Shown piece after piece: positions 18,310 through 27,298 of a stretch of DNA of 64,000 bases (the first letter of the stretch is position 1; every line of letters begins with the position of its first letter). Below the pieces are notes generated by a model, which worked only from the letters and a program-made list of their open reading frames with translations, did no database searches and had not been told where the DNA came from. Source of the stretch: an uncultured Acidobacteriota bacterium (GTDB lineage: Bacteria > Acidobacteriota > Vicinamibacteria > Vicinamibacterales > 2-12-FULL-66-21); the NCBI GenBank assembly GCA_963734695.1, contig CAVTIL010000011.1, forward strand, positions 158,144 through 222,143, read 5' to 3'. The position numbers and the translations under genes were made by a program.

Positions 18310-19911
18310 CTATTCGAACAAGGATTGATCGCCGTCGGCCAGCGTTTGCACGAGTTCCTGTTGAAAGTACGTGTCTCGTCCCTGAATGGACCGAGGGACA
18401 CGCTGATCGTAGAGCCGCCTCGCTCGATCGATCTCCTCCGCCAGCCGCGCGCGCAGATCGCGCCGCTCGCGCCCGACCCGAACCGCCCCTTCGTTATAGA
18501 GCTTGATCTCGGAGACAAGCAGCTTCGCGTAACGTCGAGCGCTCGCTTCATCGTCGGTGGTGTCGGTCGGGGCGGCCGCCTGATCAGTGCCATCGTTGCC
18601 ACTCTGCCCCGATCGGCTGGCGATGTAGCCCAACGCCTGCGCCGTTCGAACCGCCGTGAGCGATGCCACGACGGACGTCGCGTGGCTGCCGAGAATCTGC
18701 ACCGTCTCCAGCCACGACGCGAGCGGCTGACCATCGGTCCCCTCGTCGGCGTACAACACCGCGACGGGACGTCCGTCCAGCACCAATGGAACGGCAATCG
18801 CCCGCCGTCCCGGCGCCAGTCCTGCAAACATCGGTGCCGCATGGCCATTGGTGCCATCCATCGACACCGTCTCACCCGTACGCAGAACTTCCGCGAGAAA
18901 TCCTGCTTCGCGGCCCTCTGCCCGGATGGGTCCGGAGTCAACCGGCGGAACGCCATCCACAGGCCATTCTTGCAACGTTGTGCCGTCGACGACAAAAAGC
19001 GCGGCGCGCGGCGACTCGAGCGCCGCGCCGCGAACGGCTGCCGAGAGCGCTTCCGTCAGCGTGGATGATTCGTGGATCGCACGCATGGAAATGAGGAGGT
19101 CTGAGGTATCGCGCGGCGTCGACTCGGCGATCTGACGTGCAGTGGCGAGCGCGTCGGCCGTCGAGGCGCGTTCAATCTCATGCCGTTGACGCGTCTCCTC
19201 CAACTCGCGTGAAGCCTGGGTACGAGCCGACTCGGCCTCAGCCTGCGTACGCTCGAGTTCCTGTTGCGCCCGTTCGAGCGCTTCCCGTGCTTGCTGCAGG
19301 GCTTCCAGCGCGTGCCCACATTCACTGCTGACCCGTTGAAAGTCCACCTGCGCGCGATCCCGATCGGCAAGGGCGCCCTGCAGATCCTGCTGCGACCGCT
19401 GGTGATCCGCCTGCGCCTGCTTCAGGACTGCCTCGATCCTGTCTCGATCCGCCTGCGTCTGCTGCAGATCCTGCTGCGCGCGTTCGAGATCGGCCCGCGC
19501 GCGCTGAAGTTCTTCCTGCGCACGTTCTCGTTCGGTCTGAGTTCGCTCGATCTCGCCTTGCGCACGCGCGCGTTCCGAGGCGACGGCCTCGTCGAGTTGA
19601 CGCGTCGCGTGAACCGCCGCGTCGGTGGCGGCCTGTTCCGCTTCCATGCGCGCGCGCATGGCGTCGGCGGCCAGGGCGCGCTCGACGTCGGCGCGCGCCG
19701 ACGAGACTTCGGACTCGAGCCGCGTTCCCCATTGCGAGTGGACCACGTCGAGCTTCGATGCCCAGCGCTCTTCTGCGTCGGCGTCGGCGCGTTGTCGGGC
19801 TTCATGGATCGCCTGCTCGTGCGTATGTGCGAGATTGCCCAGCTGCTCAAGCTCGGCTTGAAGCCGGGCTCGAATGCTGTCAATGACGCCTCGAAGATGT
19901 TCCTCGGCCAT
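18310..19911 (-). CDS. coiled-coil / GAF-domain protein
   Basis: 533 aa. About 250 aa are Q/E/R/A-rich heptad-like sequence (ERAQQDLQQTQADRDR, ERAQQELERTQAEAE). A GAF-like core follows (..LFVVDGTTLQEWPVDG..AVPLVLDGRPVAVLYADEG). The conserved-looking C-terminus is ARRYAKLLVSEIKLYNE. Confidence 0.65.
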   Translation of the reverse strand: MAEEHLRGVIDSIRARLQAELEQLGNLAHTHEQAIHEARQRADADAEERWASKLDVVHSQWGTRLESEVSSARADVERALAADAMRARMEAEQAATDAAVHATRQLDEAVASERARAQGEIERTQTERERAQEELQRARADLERAQQDLQQTQADRDRIEAVLKQAQADHQRSQQDLQGALADRDRAQVDFQRVSSECGHALEALQQAREALERAQQELERTQAEAESARTQASRELEETRQRHEIERASTADALATARQIAESTPRDTSDLLISMRAIHESSTLTEALSAAVRGAALESPRAALFVVDGTTLQEWPVDGVPPVDSGPIRAEGREAGFLAEVLRTGETVSMDGTNGHAAPMFAGLAPGRRAIAVPLVLDGRPVAVLYADEGTDGQPLASWLETVQILGSHATSVVASLTAVRTAQALGYIASRSGQSGNDGTDQAAAPTDTTDDEASARRYAKLLVSEIKLYNEGAVRVGRERRDLRARLAEEIDRARRLYDQRVPRSIQGRDTYFQQELVQTLADGDQSLFE

Positions 19912-19985
19912 TTGTTCGCATTATCCGGGGCGTGATCCCGATAGTCAAGCTGTGAAAATGCCGCAACTTCAAGCCCGACAGCAAC

Positions 19986-20014
19986 TTGACGGCACGCCAG
20001 GCCGGCTGTACAAT
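19986..20014 (+). promoter_or_regulatory. candidate sigma70-type promoter upstream of ssrA
   Basis: TTGACG (19986..19991), a 17-nt spacer and TACAAT (20009..20014). This would give a leader of about 70 nt before the mature 5' end. Confidence 0.4.
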
Positions 20015-20089
20015 CGGGGTTCGGTGGATCGGCAGTCCGCTCGGTATATCGGCAGAAGCAGCCGAGCCGGCCATGCCGGCACTGCATGA

Positions 20090-20440
20090 GGGGGCGACCT
20101 AGATTCGACGGAGATATGGTTTCGCAGGATGCGTGCCGAGGACCATCACCCTCGTAAATCAGATGGAAAACAACATAACTGCGAACACGCAGCTCGCTCT
20201 CGCAGCGTAAAACCCTGTGAGCGTCCACTCCGGTCAGCCTGCGGGCCGGAACTGGATGTCATTTCAGTAGGCTGGCTGCTGACGGTTGCCTCGGACGTCA
20301 GCGGCGAGATCTCTTCGGGGTTGGTGCCCGGCGGTTTTTCCGCCTCTTCACGCCGGGCGCGACACTATAGAGGCGGATACGCATCGTAGATTCCTGTGGG
20401 GATATATTTTCGGACCCGGGTGCAAATCCCGGCGCCTCCA
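20090..20440 (+). ncRNA. ssrA: tmRNA (transfer-messenger RNA)
   Basis: The 5' end GGGGGCGACCTAGATTCGACGG and ..GCGTGCCGAGG..CCCTCGTAAA match tmRNA hallmarks. The tag ORF GCG AAC ACG CAG CTC GCT CTC GCA GCG TAA (20181..20210) encodes ANTQLALAA. The 3' T-arm is GGACCCGGGTGCAAATCCCGG. The acceptor strand CGCCTCC pairs with 5' GGGGGCG through a G-U at position 3. The discriminator is A at 20440, and CCA is not encoded. Confidence 0.9.
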
Positions 20441-20576
20441 ACCTTCGCTCACGCTTGCCAACGAGAGCGTGAGCTACGGTTGGCAAGCCACGCGAAGGTT
20501 GTCCGCCGTAGCGCGCAGCGCGAAGGTGGACCCCTATCCCGTTTCTTCAACAACGGGGGGCTTAGCCCCTCGTTCC
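20441..20576 (-). repeat. structured intergenic mosaic repeat (CCTTCGC...GCGAAGG stems plus GC hairpin) abutting the tmRNA 3' end
   Basis: Contains the inverted repeat CAACCTTCGC...GCGAAGGTTG and ccgtagcgcgcagcgcgaaggtggacccc, which is shared with 33271..33296 and 51743..51770. The hairpin aacggggggcTTAgcccctcgtt lies at 20552..20574. Confidence 0.75.
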
Positions 20577-20866
20577 CGACGCCTCCACGATTCCTCCACG
20601 GCCTTCGGCAGCACCGTCCAGCAGCCGGATCGCGTGATCGTACACCTGAGACGTTGCGAGTTCATGAACGCGTCAGTCAACGCGGTGTATCATGCGCGGC
20701 CATGCCACGACAGGCACACCACTACGTACCGCAGACGTACCTGCGTGGTTTAACGATCGGCACGTCGATATGCGATTGAATGCGCTCATTACCCGTCTGA
20801 ATTGTGAATCTCGGCTGTCGGCCGCTCCGAAGACCCGCATCACGCGAGGTCAGCACGCGCCTTGCC

Positions 20867-21562
20867 CTAGTTCTTCCGCGCGACGACCGAGCGGCCGAAC
20901 AGCATCGTCGTCCACTTCTTCACGATTGTGAATCCGTTGCGCTCGAAGAACCTGGCATAAGCGTGCCGGACGTCGAAGATGGCGGCGTGGCCGCCGGGCT
21001 TGAGGACGCGGGCAATCTCACCCAGCGCCTGCTCGCGCTCCCTCGCATTGTAGATGTTGTGCAGCGCCAGGCTGGAGACGACGACATCGAATGCCGCGCC
21101 GTCGAAGGGAATCCTCCGCGCATCACCGTCGCGGACGTCGACGCTGACGCCTTCCAGCTCCGCGTTGCGCCGCGTGGCTGCGGCGGAGTTATTGGCCTGA
21201 TCGACGTCCTGCCAGATGTCGATGCCGATGGCGCGGCCACTGCTCAGCCGCTTCGCCGCGCCGATCAGCATCAAGCCGTGCCCGCAGCCAACGTCGAGCA
21301 CCTGCTCATCCCCCCGCCACGGAACCGCGTTCAGCAGCGCGTCGCGTGCGCGGAATTTTCCGACCAGGCTGCTCCAGAGCAGCAGCAGCGCCCCGAGACC
21401 GGAGCCCCAGCCCATTGATAGGAACGGGCGCCCGATTGGACCGACATAGCGAAGGAGTACGAGTCCGCCGATCATGCCAGCTGCCGCGGCGATTAAGAGA
21501 TTCCGCAGGACGGTCGGCGCGTCAATTCCATAGTTCGCTTTCGGCATGGCAATCGCACTCAA
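20867..21562 (-). CDS. class I SAM-dependent methyltransferase with N-terminal TM segments
   Basis: 231 aa with motif I VLDVGCGHGLMLIGAA and the post-I/II segments AIGIDIW and FDVVVSSLALHNI. The N-terminus is hydrophobic. Confidence 0.8.
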   Translation of the reverse strand: MSAIAMPKANYGIDAPTVLRNLLIAAAAGMIGGLVLLRYVGPIGRPFLSMGWGSGLGALLLLWSSLVGKFRARDALLNAVPWRGDEQVLDVGCGHGLMLIGAAKRLSSGRAIGIDIWQDVDQANNSAAATRRNAELEGVSVDVRDGDARRIPFDGAAFDVVVSSLALHNIYNAREREQALGEIARVLKPGGHAAIFDVRHAYARFFERNGFTIVKKWTTMLFGRSVVARKN

Positions 21563-21663
21563 GATAGTCGAAATGGGGAATGCGTGCGAATACCAGAGAC
21601 GACAGGATCTGAACGTCGTCCGTTTGACGTGTCTCCCTTGTCTAGACTATATATAGCCCAGAC

Positions 21664-22003
21664 ATGGGAAAGACCTCCGCCAACCCCGAGTTGCTGCCGG
21701 GTACAGCTGTACCTCCTGATTCTCCGCACGCTCCGCGCGGGTCCGCTGCACGGCTATGCGATTGCCAAACGGATCAAACAGGCGTCGGGGCAGGGGCTCG
21801 ATATCGAAGACGGCTCCCTGTACCCAGCTTTGAACCGCATGCTCGTCAAGGGCTGGCTGAGGGCAGAATGGGGCACCTCCGAGAATAACCGCAAGGCCCG
21901 TTTCTATCGCCTCACGCCGGCGGGACGGAAGCAGCTCGCGCGCGAAGCGGACATCTTCGATCGCCTGGTGCTCGCGATCCAGTGCGTCATGCGGACGGTG
22001 TGA
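21664..22003 (+). pseudogene. PadR family transcriptional regulator, one frameshift near the N-terminus
   Basis: MGKTSANPELLPGT (frame of the ATG at 21664) joins LYLLILRTLRAGPLHGYAIAKRI...SLYPALNRMLVKGWL..RFYRLTPAGRKQL (frame of ORF 21584..22003). The junction is at about 21705, inside the palindrome GGTACAGCTGTACC. Confidence 0.8.
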
Positions 22004-22004
22004 C

Positions 22005-24731
22005 ATGTCGGCCTGGAAGGAACTACTTCGCCGCGCGGGATATCTGGTCCGACGCTCCCAATTTGACCGGGATCTCGACGATGAGATGGGCTTCCATATC
22101 GAGACCCGCGCAGAGGAACTGCAGCGGGACGGCGTGCCGCCGGACGTCGCCCGTCAACGCGCCCGGCGCGAATTTGGCTCGCGCGCCCGCGTGAGCGAAG
22201 ACACGCGCGCGGCGTGGCAGGTCATGTGGATTGAGGATCTCTGGCGCGACCTTCGATACGGGACGAGGGCGCTGGCGAGGAGCCCCGGGTTCGCCGCGGT
22301 CGCGATCCTCTCGTTGGGCATCGGCGTGGGCGCGAACTCCGTGATGTTCACCCTGGTCGATGCCCTCTTACTCCAGCCACCGAACGTGCCCCGGCCAAAC
22401 GAATTGGTCGCGCTGGTGTCTACGGCGCGCGAGTCCAACGCGGCGACCGTGTCCTATCCCGATTTCGCCGCCGTCCGCGATCGGAGCGATAGCTTTCAGG
22501 AGTTGGCCGCATTCACGGAGGTTTCGACGGGCTTGGCCCGCGCGGGTGCGGCGCCGAAGGTGAAGGCCGGCAAGCTGGTCACCGAAAATTTCTTCCGCGC
22601 GATGGACGCGCGCCCGGAGTTGGGACGGCTGTTTGGCGTAGGGGACCATCGCGTGGACGATCAGGTGACGATCCTGAGCCACGCCTGCTGGCAGGAGGAG
22701 TTTGGCGCCGATCCGGCGGTGGTCGGAAAGCCCGCGCGCATTAACGGCGTCGAATTCACCATTGTCGGCGTCATGCCCACGCGCTTCACCGACGTGGACG
22801 ACAACCTCTCCGACGACACGCCCGACTTCTATGTGCCTCTGCGAGCGGCCCGGCAGATCGGCCCCACGCCCGACCTGCTGGATAACCGCGGTCAGCGGTC
22901 GCTCACCGCCTTCGGTTATCTGAAGCCCGGCGTCCCTATGGCGCGTGCCCGCGCGGAGGTAGCGACGATCGCCGGCACGCTCGAAAAGGATTTTCCGGCC
23001 ACCAATCGCGATCGCAGTCTGACGGTGCGGACCGTTCTGGAGTATCGGTCCGGCGGTGGTGGAGGACTGGTGGCGGGCGCGCTGGCCATGATCCTGGCGG
23101 GGATGGTGCTGCTGGTGGCGTGCGCGAATCTCGCCGGCCTGCTCACGTGTCGCGTGCCAGCCCGGGCGCGCGAAATGGCGATGCGACGCGCCATTGGGGC
23201 GGGACGCGTGAGACTGATCCGCCAGTTGCTCACCGAGAGCCTGCTGCTGGCCGTCGGCGGGGGGATCGTCGGCATCGCGCTCGGCTACATCCCCATCCAG
23301 TTGGGAAAGCGGCTTGCGATCGAGTTCGATCCCCAGGGAGCGGCGTCGTATCCGTTTGTCATGAACGTGCGCGTGGTGGTGTTCAGCCTGACGCTGGCGA
23401 TCCTCAGTGTGGTCGTGTTTGGCCTCACACCCGCGTTTCACGCGACGCGCGCCGACGTGGCAAGCGTGATGAAGGGGGTGGTGGGTGTCGCACCGCGACG
23501 TCGATGGTGGGGACGCCTCCTTCGTGGCCGCCATCTGCTTGTCACCGGACAAGTGGCGGTCGCCTTGCTGCTGCTGACCATCACCACGGTGGTGTACGCG
23601 GGTGTGTATCAAGGCCTGGTCACGTCGTTCCGAAACCCGGGATTTCACATCGATCACCTCGTGGCGGTGGATTTTGATCCCTCGACGATCCACTTCAAGG
23701 CGGCCCGTGCCGGGCAGTTCTTCAAGGATCTCGCGGGACGGCTGCGCGGCGCCCGTGGGGTGCAAGCGGTCACGTTGGAGTATCAGGACGTCGCGGTCAT
23801 CCGCCCGGAGAGTCCGATCGCTCGCGAGGACGTCAGGACGTCGGGCGTGTGGATCGACGACGGCTTCTTCGACACGCTCGATATTCCGATTGTCGAGGGG
23901 CGCGCGATTCGGCGAGCCGACCTCGGGACGTCCCCCGCCGTGGCGATGGTCAATGACGTGCTGGCGCGGCGCTACTGGCCGGGGCAGAGTGCCGTCGGCA
24001 AACAGATCCATCTGAGCACCGGCCAATGGGTGGCGGTGATCGGCGTCGTCCGCCTGAACACCTTCATGTCGTTTGGCAGCCCACCGATGGACACGGTCTT
24101 TCTGCCCTACGGCGAGCCGACGCAACGGGACATTCGTCTCTTAGCGCGGTCCGCTGGCGATCCGCAGGCGCTCGTGGATCCCATCCGGAAGGTGGTCCGC
24201 GATCTCGATCCCGATCAAGCCATGCCCGACGCCCTGACGTGGCAGAGCAGCATGAACGTCTTCATCAAGGCCGCGTTGCTGAGCCTCGACACCCTCGGTG
24301 CGATGGGCGCGTTGGGGCTGCTGCTGGCGCTGGTGGGCTTGTACGGACTGATCGCCTACGAAGTAACATCGCGTACGCGCGAGATCGGCATTCGCATGGC
24401 GTTGGGCGCGCGCGCTGGCGAGGTGGTGCGCATGGTGCTGCGCCAAGGACTCGCGCTGGCGGTGTGTGGCGTGGGGGTGGGCTTGGCGCTCACGTGGGGG
24501 GTATTACAGGCGGCGACGGCGGTCTTGCCGGGTGCCGGGTCAAGCGCGGCGAACCCGCCCGAGCCGAATGGGGGTTCCCAGATTACCGCCAATTTCGGGA
24601 CCGAGTCGTTCGGCGGCGAGGCGTTTACCGTCCTAGTGATCGTGGTCCTGATCGTCACCATTCTCTCGGCGTATCTTCCGGCGCGTCGCGCCTCCCGAGT
24701 GGATCCCAACGTCGCGCTGCGAGCCGAATAG
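22005..24731 (+). CDS. ADOP-family duplicated FtsX/MacB-like permease (no ATPase domain)
   Basis: 908 aa, with the ATG 1 nt after the PadR stop. It has two MacB-like periplasmic domains and two FtsX 4-helix modules (..REIGIRMALGARAGEVVRMVL..). The C-terminus is PARRASRVDPNVALRAE. Confidence 0.9.
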   Translation: MSAWKELLRRAGYLVRRSQFDRDLDDEMGFHIETRAEELQRDGVPPDVARQRARREFGSRARVSEDTRAAWQVMWIEDLWRDLRYGTRALARSPGFAAVAILSLGIGVGANSVMFTLVDALLLQPPNVPRPNELVALVSTARESNAATVSYPDFAAVRDRSDSFQELAAFTEVSTGLARAGAAPKVKAGKLVTENFFRAMDARPELGRLFGVGDHRVDDQVTILSHACWQEEFGADPAVVGKPARINGVEFTIVGVMPTRFTDVDDNLSDDTPDFYVPLRAARQIGPTPDLLDNRGQRSLTAFGYLKPGVPMARARAEVATIAGTLEKDFPATNRDRSLTVRTVLEYRSGGGGGLVAGALAMILAGMVLLVACANLAGLLTCRVPARAREMAMRRAIGAGRVRLIRQLLTESLLLAVGGGIVGIALGYIPIQLGKRLAIEFDPQGAASYPFVMNVRVVVFSLTLAILSVVVFGLTPAFHATRADVASVMKGVVGVAPRRRWWGRLLRGRHLLVTGQVAVALLLLTITTVVYAGVYQGLVTSFRNPGFHIDHLVAVDFDPSTIHFKAARAGQFFKDLAGRLRGARGVQAVTLEYQDVAVIRPESPIAREDVRTSGVWIDDGFFDTLDIPIVEGRAIRRADLGTSPAVAMVNDVLARRYWPGQSAVGKQIHLSTGQWVAVIGVVRLNTFMSFGSPPMDTVFLPYGEPTQRDIRLLARSAGDPQALVDPIRKVVRDLDPDQAMPDALTWQSSMNVFIKAALLSLDTLGAMGALGLLLALVGLYGLIAYEVTSRTREIGIRMALGARAGEVVRMVLRQGLALAVCGVGVGLALTWGVLQAATAVLPGAGSSAANPPEPNGGSQITANFGTESFGGEAFTVLVIVVLIVTILSAYLPARRASRVDPNVALRAE

Positions 24732-25336
24732 GCTGTCTGCGGCCCCTGCACTGGCCACGGAAGCGACGTCCTTCGACAATGAGACAGATTGTCCGGTATT
24801 GGAGCCTTCCGTCTTCGGAGGCGACGGCGCCGGGCTTCGGCACGGGGGAGCAGTGTTGGAACACCACGCAGTTCTGCGGAAAGAGTCAAACGCCGCGTTC
24901 CACGAACTTCACGGAATCGCAGTGCCGCTGTAACGAAATCGGCTCACGACCCGGCGCCGGGAAGCCCTTCCCGGCGCGCCAAGAACCGAGATTCTTCGGA
25001 AGGGTACGCCCATTTCATCGTGACGCTCGGCGACGGTGTCACGTGGCAGGAGGCACGCCGCCACTTCGAGAAGCTGCCAGCGCAACTTGCGAACGCGTTC
25101 CCCGATGTGAACCAGAAGTTCAAGTCTGTTTCGTTCTACGATCTCGGGTTACTCAGCTGCGCTTCTCAATGAACCGTTGATTTGGATTTCGGTACACAAG
25201 ACTGGCAGTTGGCTCGTTTCGTATCTATGGATGCGCGTCACGGTTGCAGACACTCTGTTTGTGTCAGCGGTGATCGAGTACGCTGGCTCCCACTCGCAGC
25301 GAAAGCAGCGGCCTCACCGGACCACGGCGTTACATT

Positions 25337-25471
25337 AGAAGCTGTCTCATAAACCTGACGCTCATTCTAAGATGCGAGCGAGCCGTGCGAGCGAGCCACG
25401 CGATCGGAGCGCGCCGTCGAAGCGGCGCGCGAGAGCGCGTGTAGGGGAGTCCGAGGGGCGAAGCCCCTCGG
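25337..25471 (-). repeat. intergenic mosaic repeat, full copy (hairpin + body + tail module)
   Basis: Its reverse complement is about 92% identical by eye over about 100 nt to 54422..54527. The hairpin ccgaggggcGAAgcccctcgg lies at 25451..25471. The tail agaagctgtctcataaacctgacgct..aagatgcgagcgagccgt is shared with 37905..37955. Confidence 0.85.
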
Positions 25472-25515
25472 AGAGAGAATAGTATCGAACATACTTAGGC
25501 AGGACAGGGACGAAG

Positions 25516-25995
25516 ATGACCACCAGCCTTGCTACGACATTCCTCTTGTCGCTCCTGATCGGCGTCATTGCGGGACTCCGCGCGATGACGGCGCCGGCCG
25601 CGCTCAGTTGGGCAGCCAGAACGGGTTGGATCAACCTGGCCCCCACCAGCCTCGCGTTCCTGGGGTACGCATTCACGCCGTGGATTCTGACGCTGCTGGC
25701 GCTCGCCGAACTGGTGACAGACCAATTGCCGACGACGCCAAGTCGCAAGGCGCCCGGTCCGTTCGGCGCTCGAATTGTCTCGGGAGCCCTGTCGGGCGCA
25801 GCGATCGGAGCGTCTCGCGGCGCGCTCTTGGCGGGACTGATTGCGGGGATTCTCGGTGCCGTGATTGGCACGCTGGGCGGATACGCATTTCGTGCGCGAC
25901 TCGCCTCGGCGTTTGGAAGAGATCGCCCAGCGGCGCTCATCGAAGATGCCATCGCAATCGGCGGCGCCTTCCTCATTGTGGCGGCGCTGCAGTAG
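25516..25995 (+). CDS. DUF4126-like small integral membrane protein
   Basis: 159 aa, Gly/Ala-rich, with 4-5 TM helices. The motif IAGLRAMTAPAALSWAA is as I recall for DUF4126. Confidence 0.55.
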   Translation: MTTSLATTFLLSLLIGVIAGLRAMTAPAALSWAARTGWINLAPTSLAFLGYAFTPWILTLLALAELVTDQLPTTPSRKAPGPFGARIVSGALSGAAIGASRGALLAGLIAGILGAVIGTLGGYAFRARLASAFGRDRPAALIEDAIAIGGAFLIVAALQ

Positions 25996-26077
25996 TCCGA
26001 TTGACAGCCCGTATCGCCATGCTCGCTCGCAGCGTCGACGAGCATCGTCAACACGCGTTCATGCTAAGGTCTGCGGC

Positions 26078-27198
26078 ATGAAAACGTCACGCCTCGTCAG
26101 CGCACTGCTGATCGGCTGTGTCTGCACGCTCGCCCTGGCGCAGGCGCCAGCGGGCCGCTGGTCCGAGGCGAAGGCCAACGAGTGGTACGCGAAGCAGCCA
26201 TGGCTGGTCGGCAGCAACTACATTCCGGCAACCGCGATCAACGAGCTCGAGATGTGGCAGGCCGAGACGTTCGATCCGAAAACGATCGACAAGGAGCTCG
26301 GCTGGGCCGAAGGGCTCGGCATGACGACGATGAGGGTGTTCCTGCATGATTTGCCGTGGCAGCAGGACGCCAAGGGTTATCAGGGGCGAATCAATCAGTT
26401 CCTCGACATCGCCGCGAAGCACAAGATCAAGCCGCTGCTCGTGCTCTTCGATTCGTGCTGGGATCCGAATCCGCATCTCGGCAAGCAGCACGCTCCGAAA
26501 CCTGGCGTGCACAACTCCGGCTGGCTGCAGGCTCCCGGCGCGAAGGCGCTGCAGGATCCGAAGGAGTATCCGCGGCTCAAGACCTACGTGACGGGCGTTG
26601 TCGCCGCCTTCGGCAAGGACTCGCGCGTGCTCGGCTGGGACGTCTGGAACGAGCCCGACAACATGAACACGAACAGCTACGGCAGCCAGGAGCCGAAGAA
26701 CAAGGTCGATCTCGTGCTCGAAGCTGCTGCCGCAGGTGTTCGCGTGGGCGCGCGAAGCGGGCGCCGAGCAACCGTTGACGTCGGGCGTGTGGAAGGGCGA
26801 CTGGTCGAGCGACGACAAGCTCTCGCCGATGGAGCGCGTGCAGCTCGAGAACTCGGACGTCATCTCGTTCCACAACTACGACAACGGCGCCGGAATTCGA
26901 GAAGCGCATCCAGTGGCTGCAGCGCTTCCATCGTCCGATCCTCTGCACCGAGTACATGGCGCGCGGCAACGGCAGCACGTTCGACGGCTCGCTGCCGATC
27001 GCGAAGAAGTACAAGGTGGCCGCGATCAACTGGGGCTTCGTCGCCGGGAAGACGCAGACGTATCTGCCGTGGGACTCGTGGCAGAAACCCTACGTCGACC
27101 GCGAACCGACGGTGTGGTTCCACGAGATCTTCAAGCAGGACGGAACGCCGTACAAGCCGGACGAGGTGGATCTGATCCGGAAGCTGACGGGACGCTGA
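26078..27198 (+). pseudogene. secreted glycoside hydrolase (GH5-like TIM barrel), two frameshifts
   Basis: The signal peptide is MKTSRLVSALLIGCVCTLALAQA, followed by ..MRVFLHDL.., ..LVLFDSCWD.. and ..GWDVWNEPDN. Junctions are KVDLVLE|LLPQVFAWAREAG at about 26720 and HNYDNGA|EFEKRIQWLQRFHRPILCTEYMARGNG at about 26892. The ends of ORFs 25865.., 26736.. and 26956.. join into one protein. Confidence 0.7.
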
Positions 27199-27263
27199 CG
27201 TCCGCACTCGAGTGCGTGGCAAGTGCTACCGATTGCGTTCTGTTAATCTGCGGGTAGACGGTC

Positions 27264-27291
27264 TTGACGTGCGGTGCTACATATGTAGAAT
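27264..27291 (+). promoter_or_regulatory. candidate promoter with palindromic operator for the second PadR-ADOP pair
   Basis: TTGACG (27264..27269), a 16-nt spacer and TAGAAT (27286..27291). The 12-nt palindrome CTACATATGTAG (27278..27289) overlaps the -10 box. The ATG at 27299 lies 7 nt after the -10 box. Confidence 0.5.
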
Positions 27292-27298
27292 ACGTCAT

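Noticed and set aside
19422-20753. ORFs 19422..20228 (-), 20129..20389 (+), 20286..20753 (+) and 20396..20779 (+).
   Set aside because: They overlap the tmRNA gene and the structured repeat after it. They have no protein-like features.
20441-21600. A genomic island integrated at the tmRNA 3' end.
   Set aside because: There is no integrase or recombinase gene downstream. I could not find a second copy of the tmRNA 3' end (..atcccggcgcctcca) elsewhere in the window by eye. Only a small repeat element abuts ssrA.
24789-25172. A 127-aa ORF in the gap after ADOP-1.
   Set aside because: The N-terminal two-thirds is Arg/Ser-rich junk overlapping repeat-like DNA. Only the last about 50 aa look protein-like, and they lack a supported start or RBS. 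It is reported as part of the non-coding gap instead.
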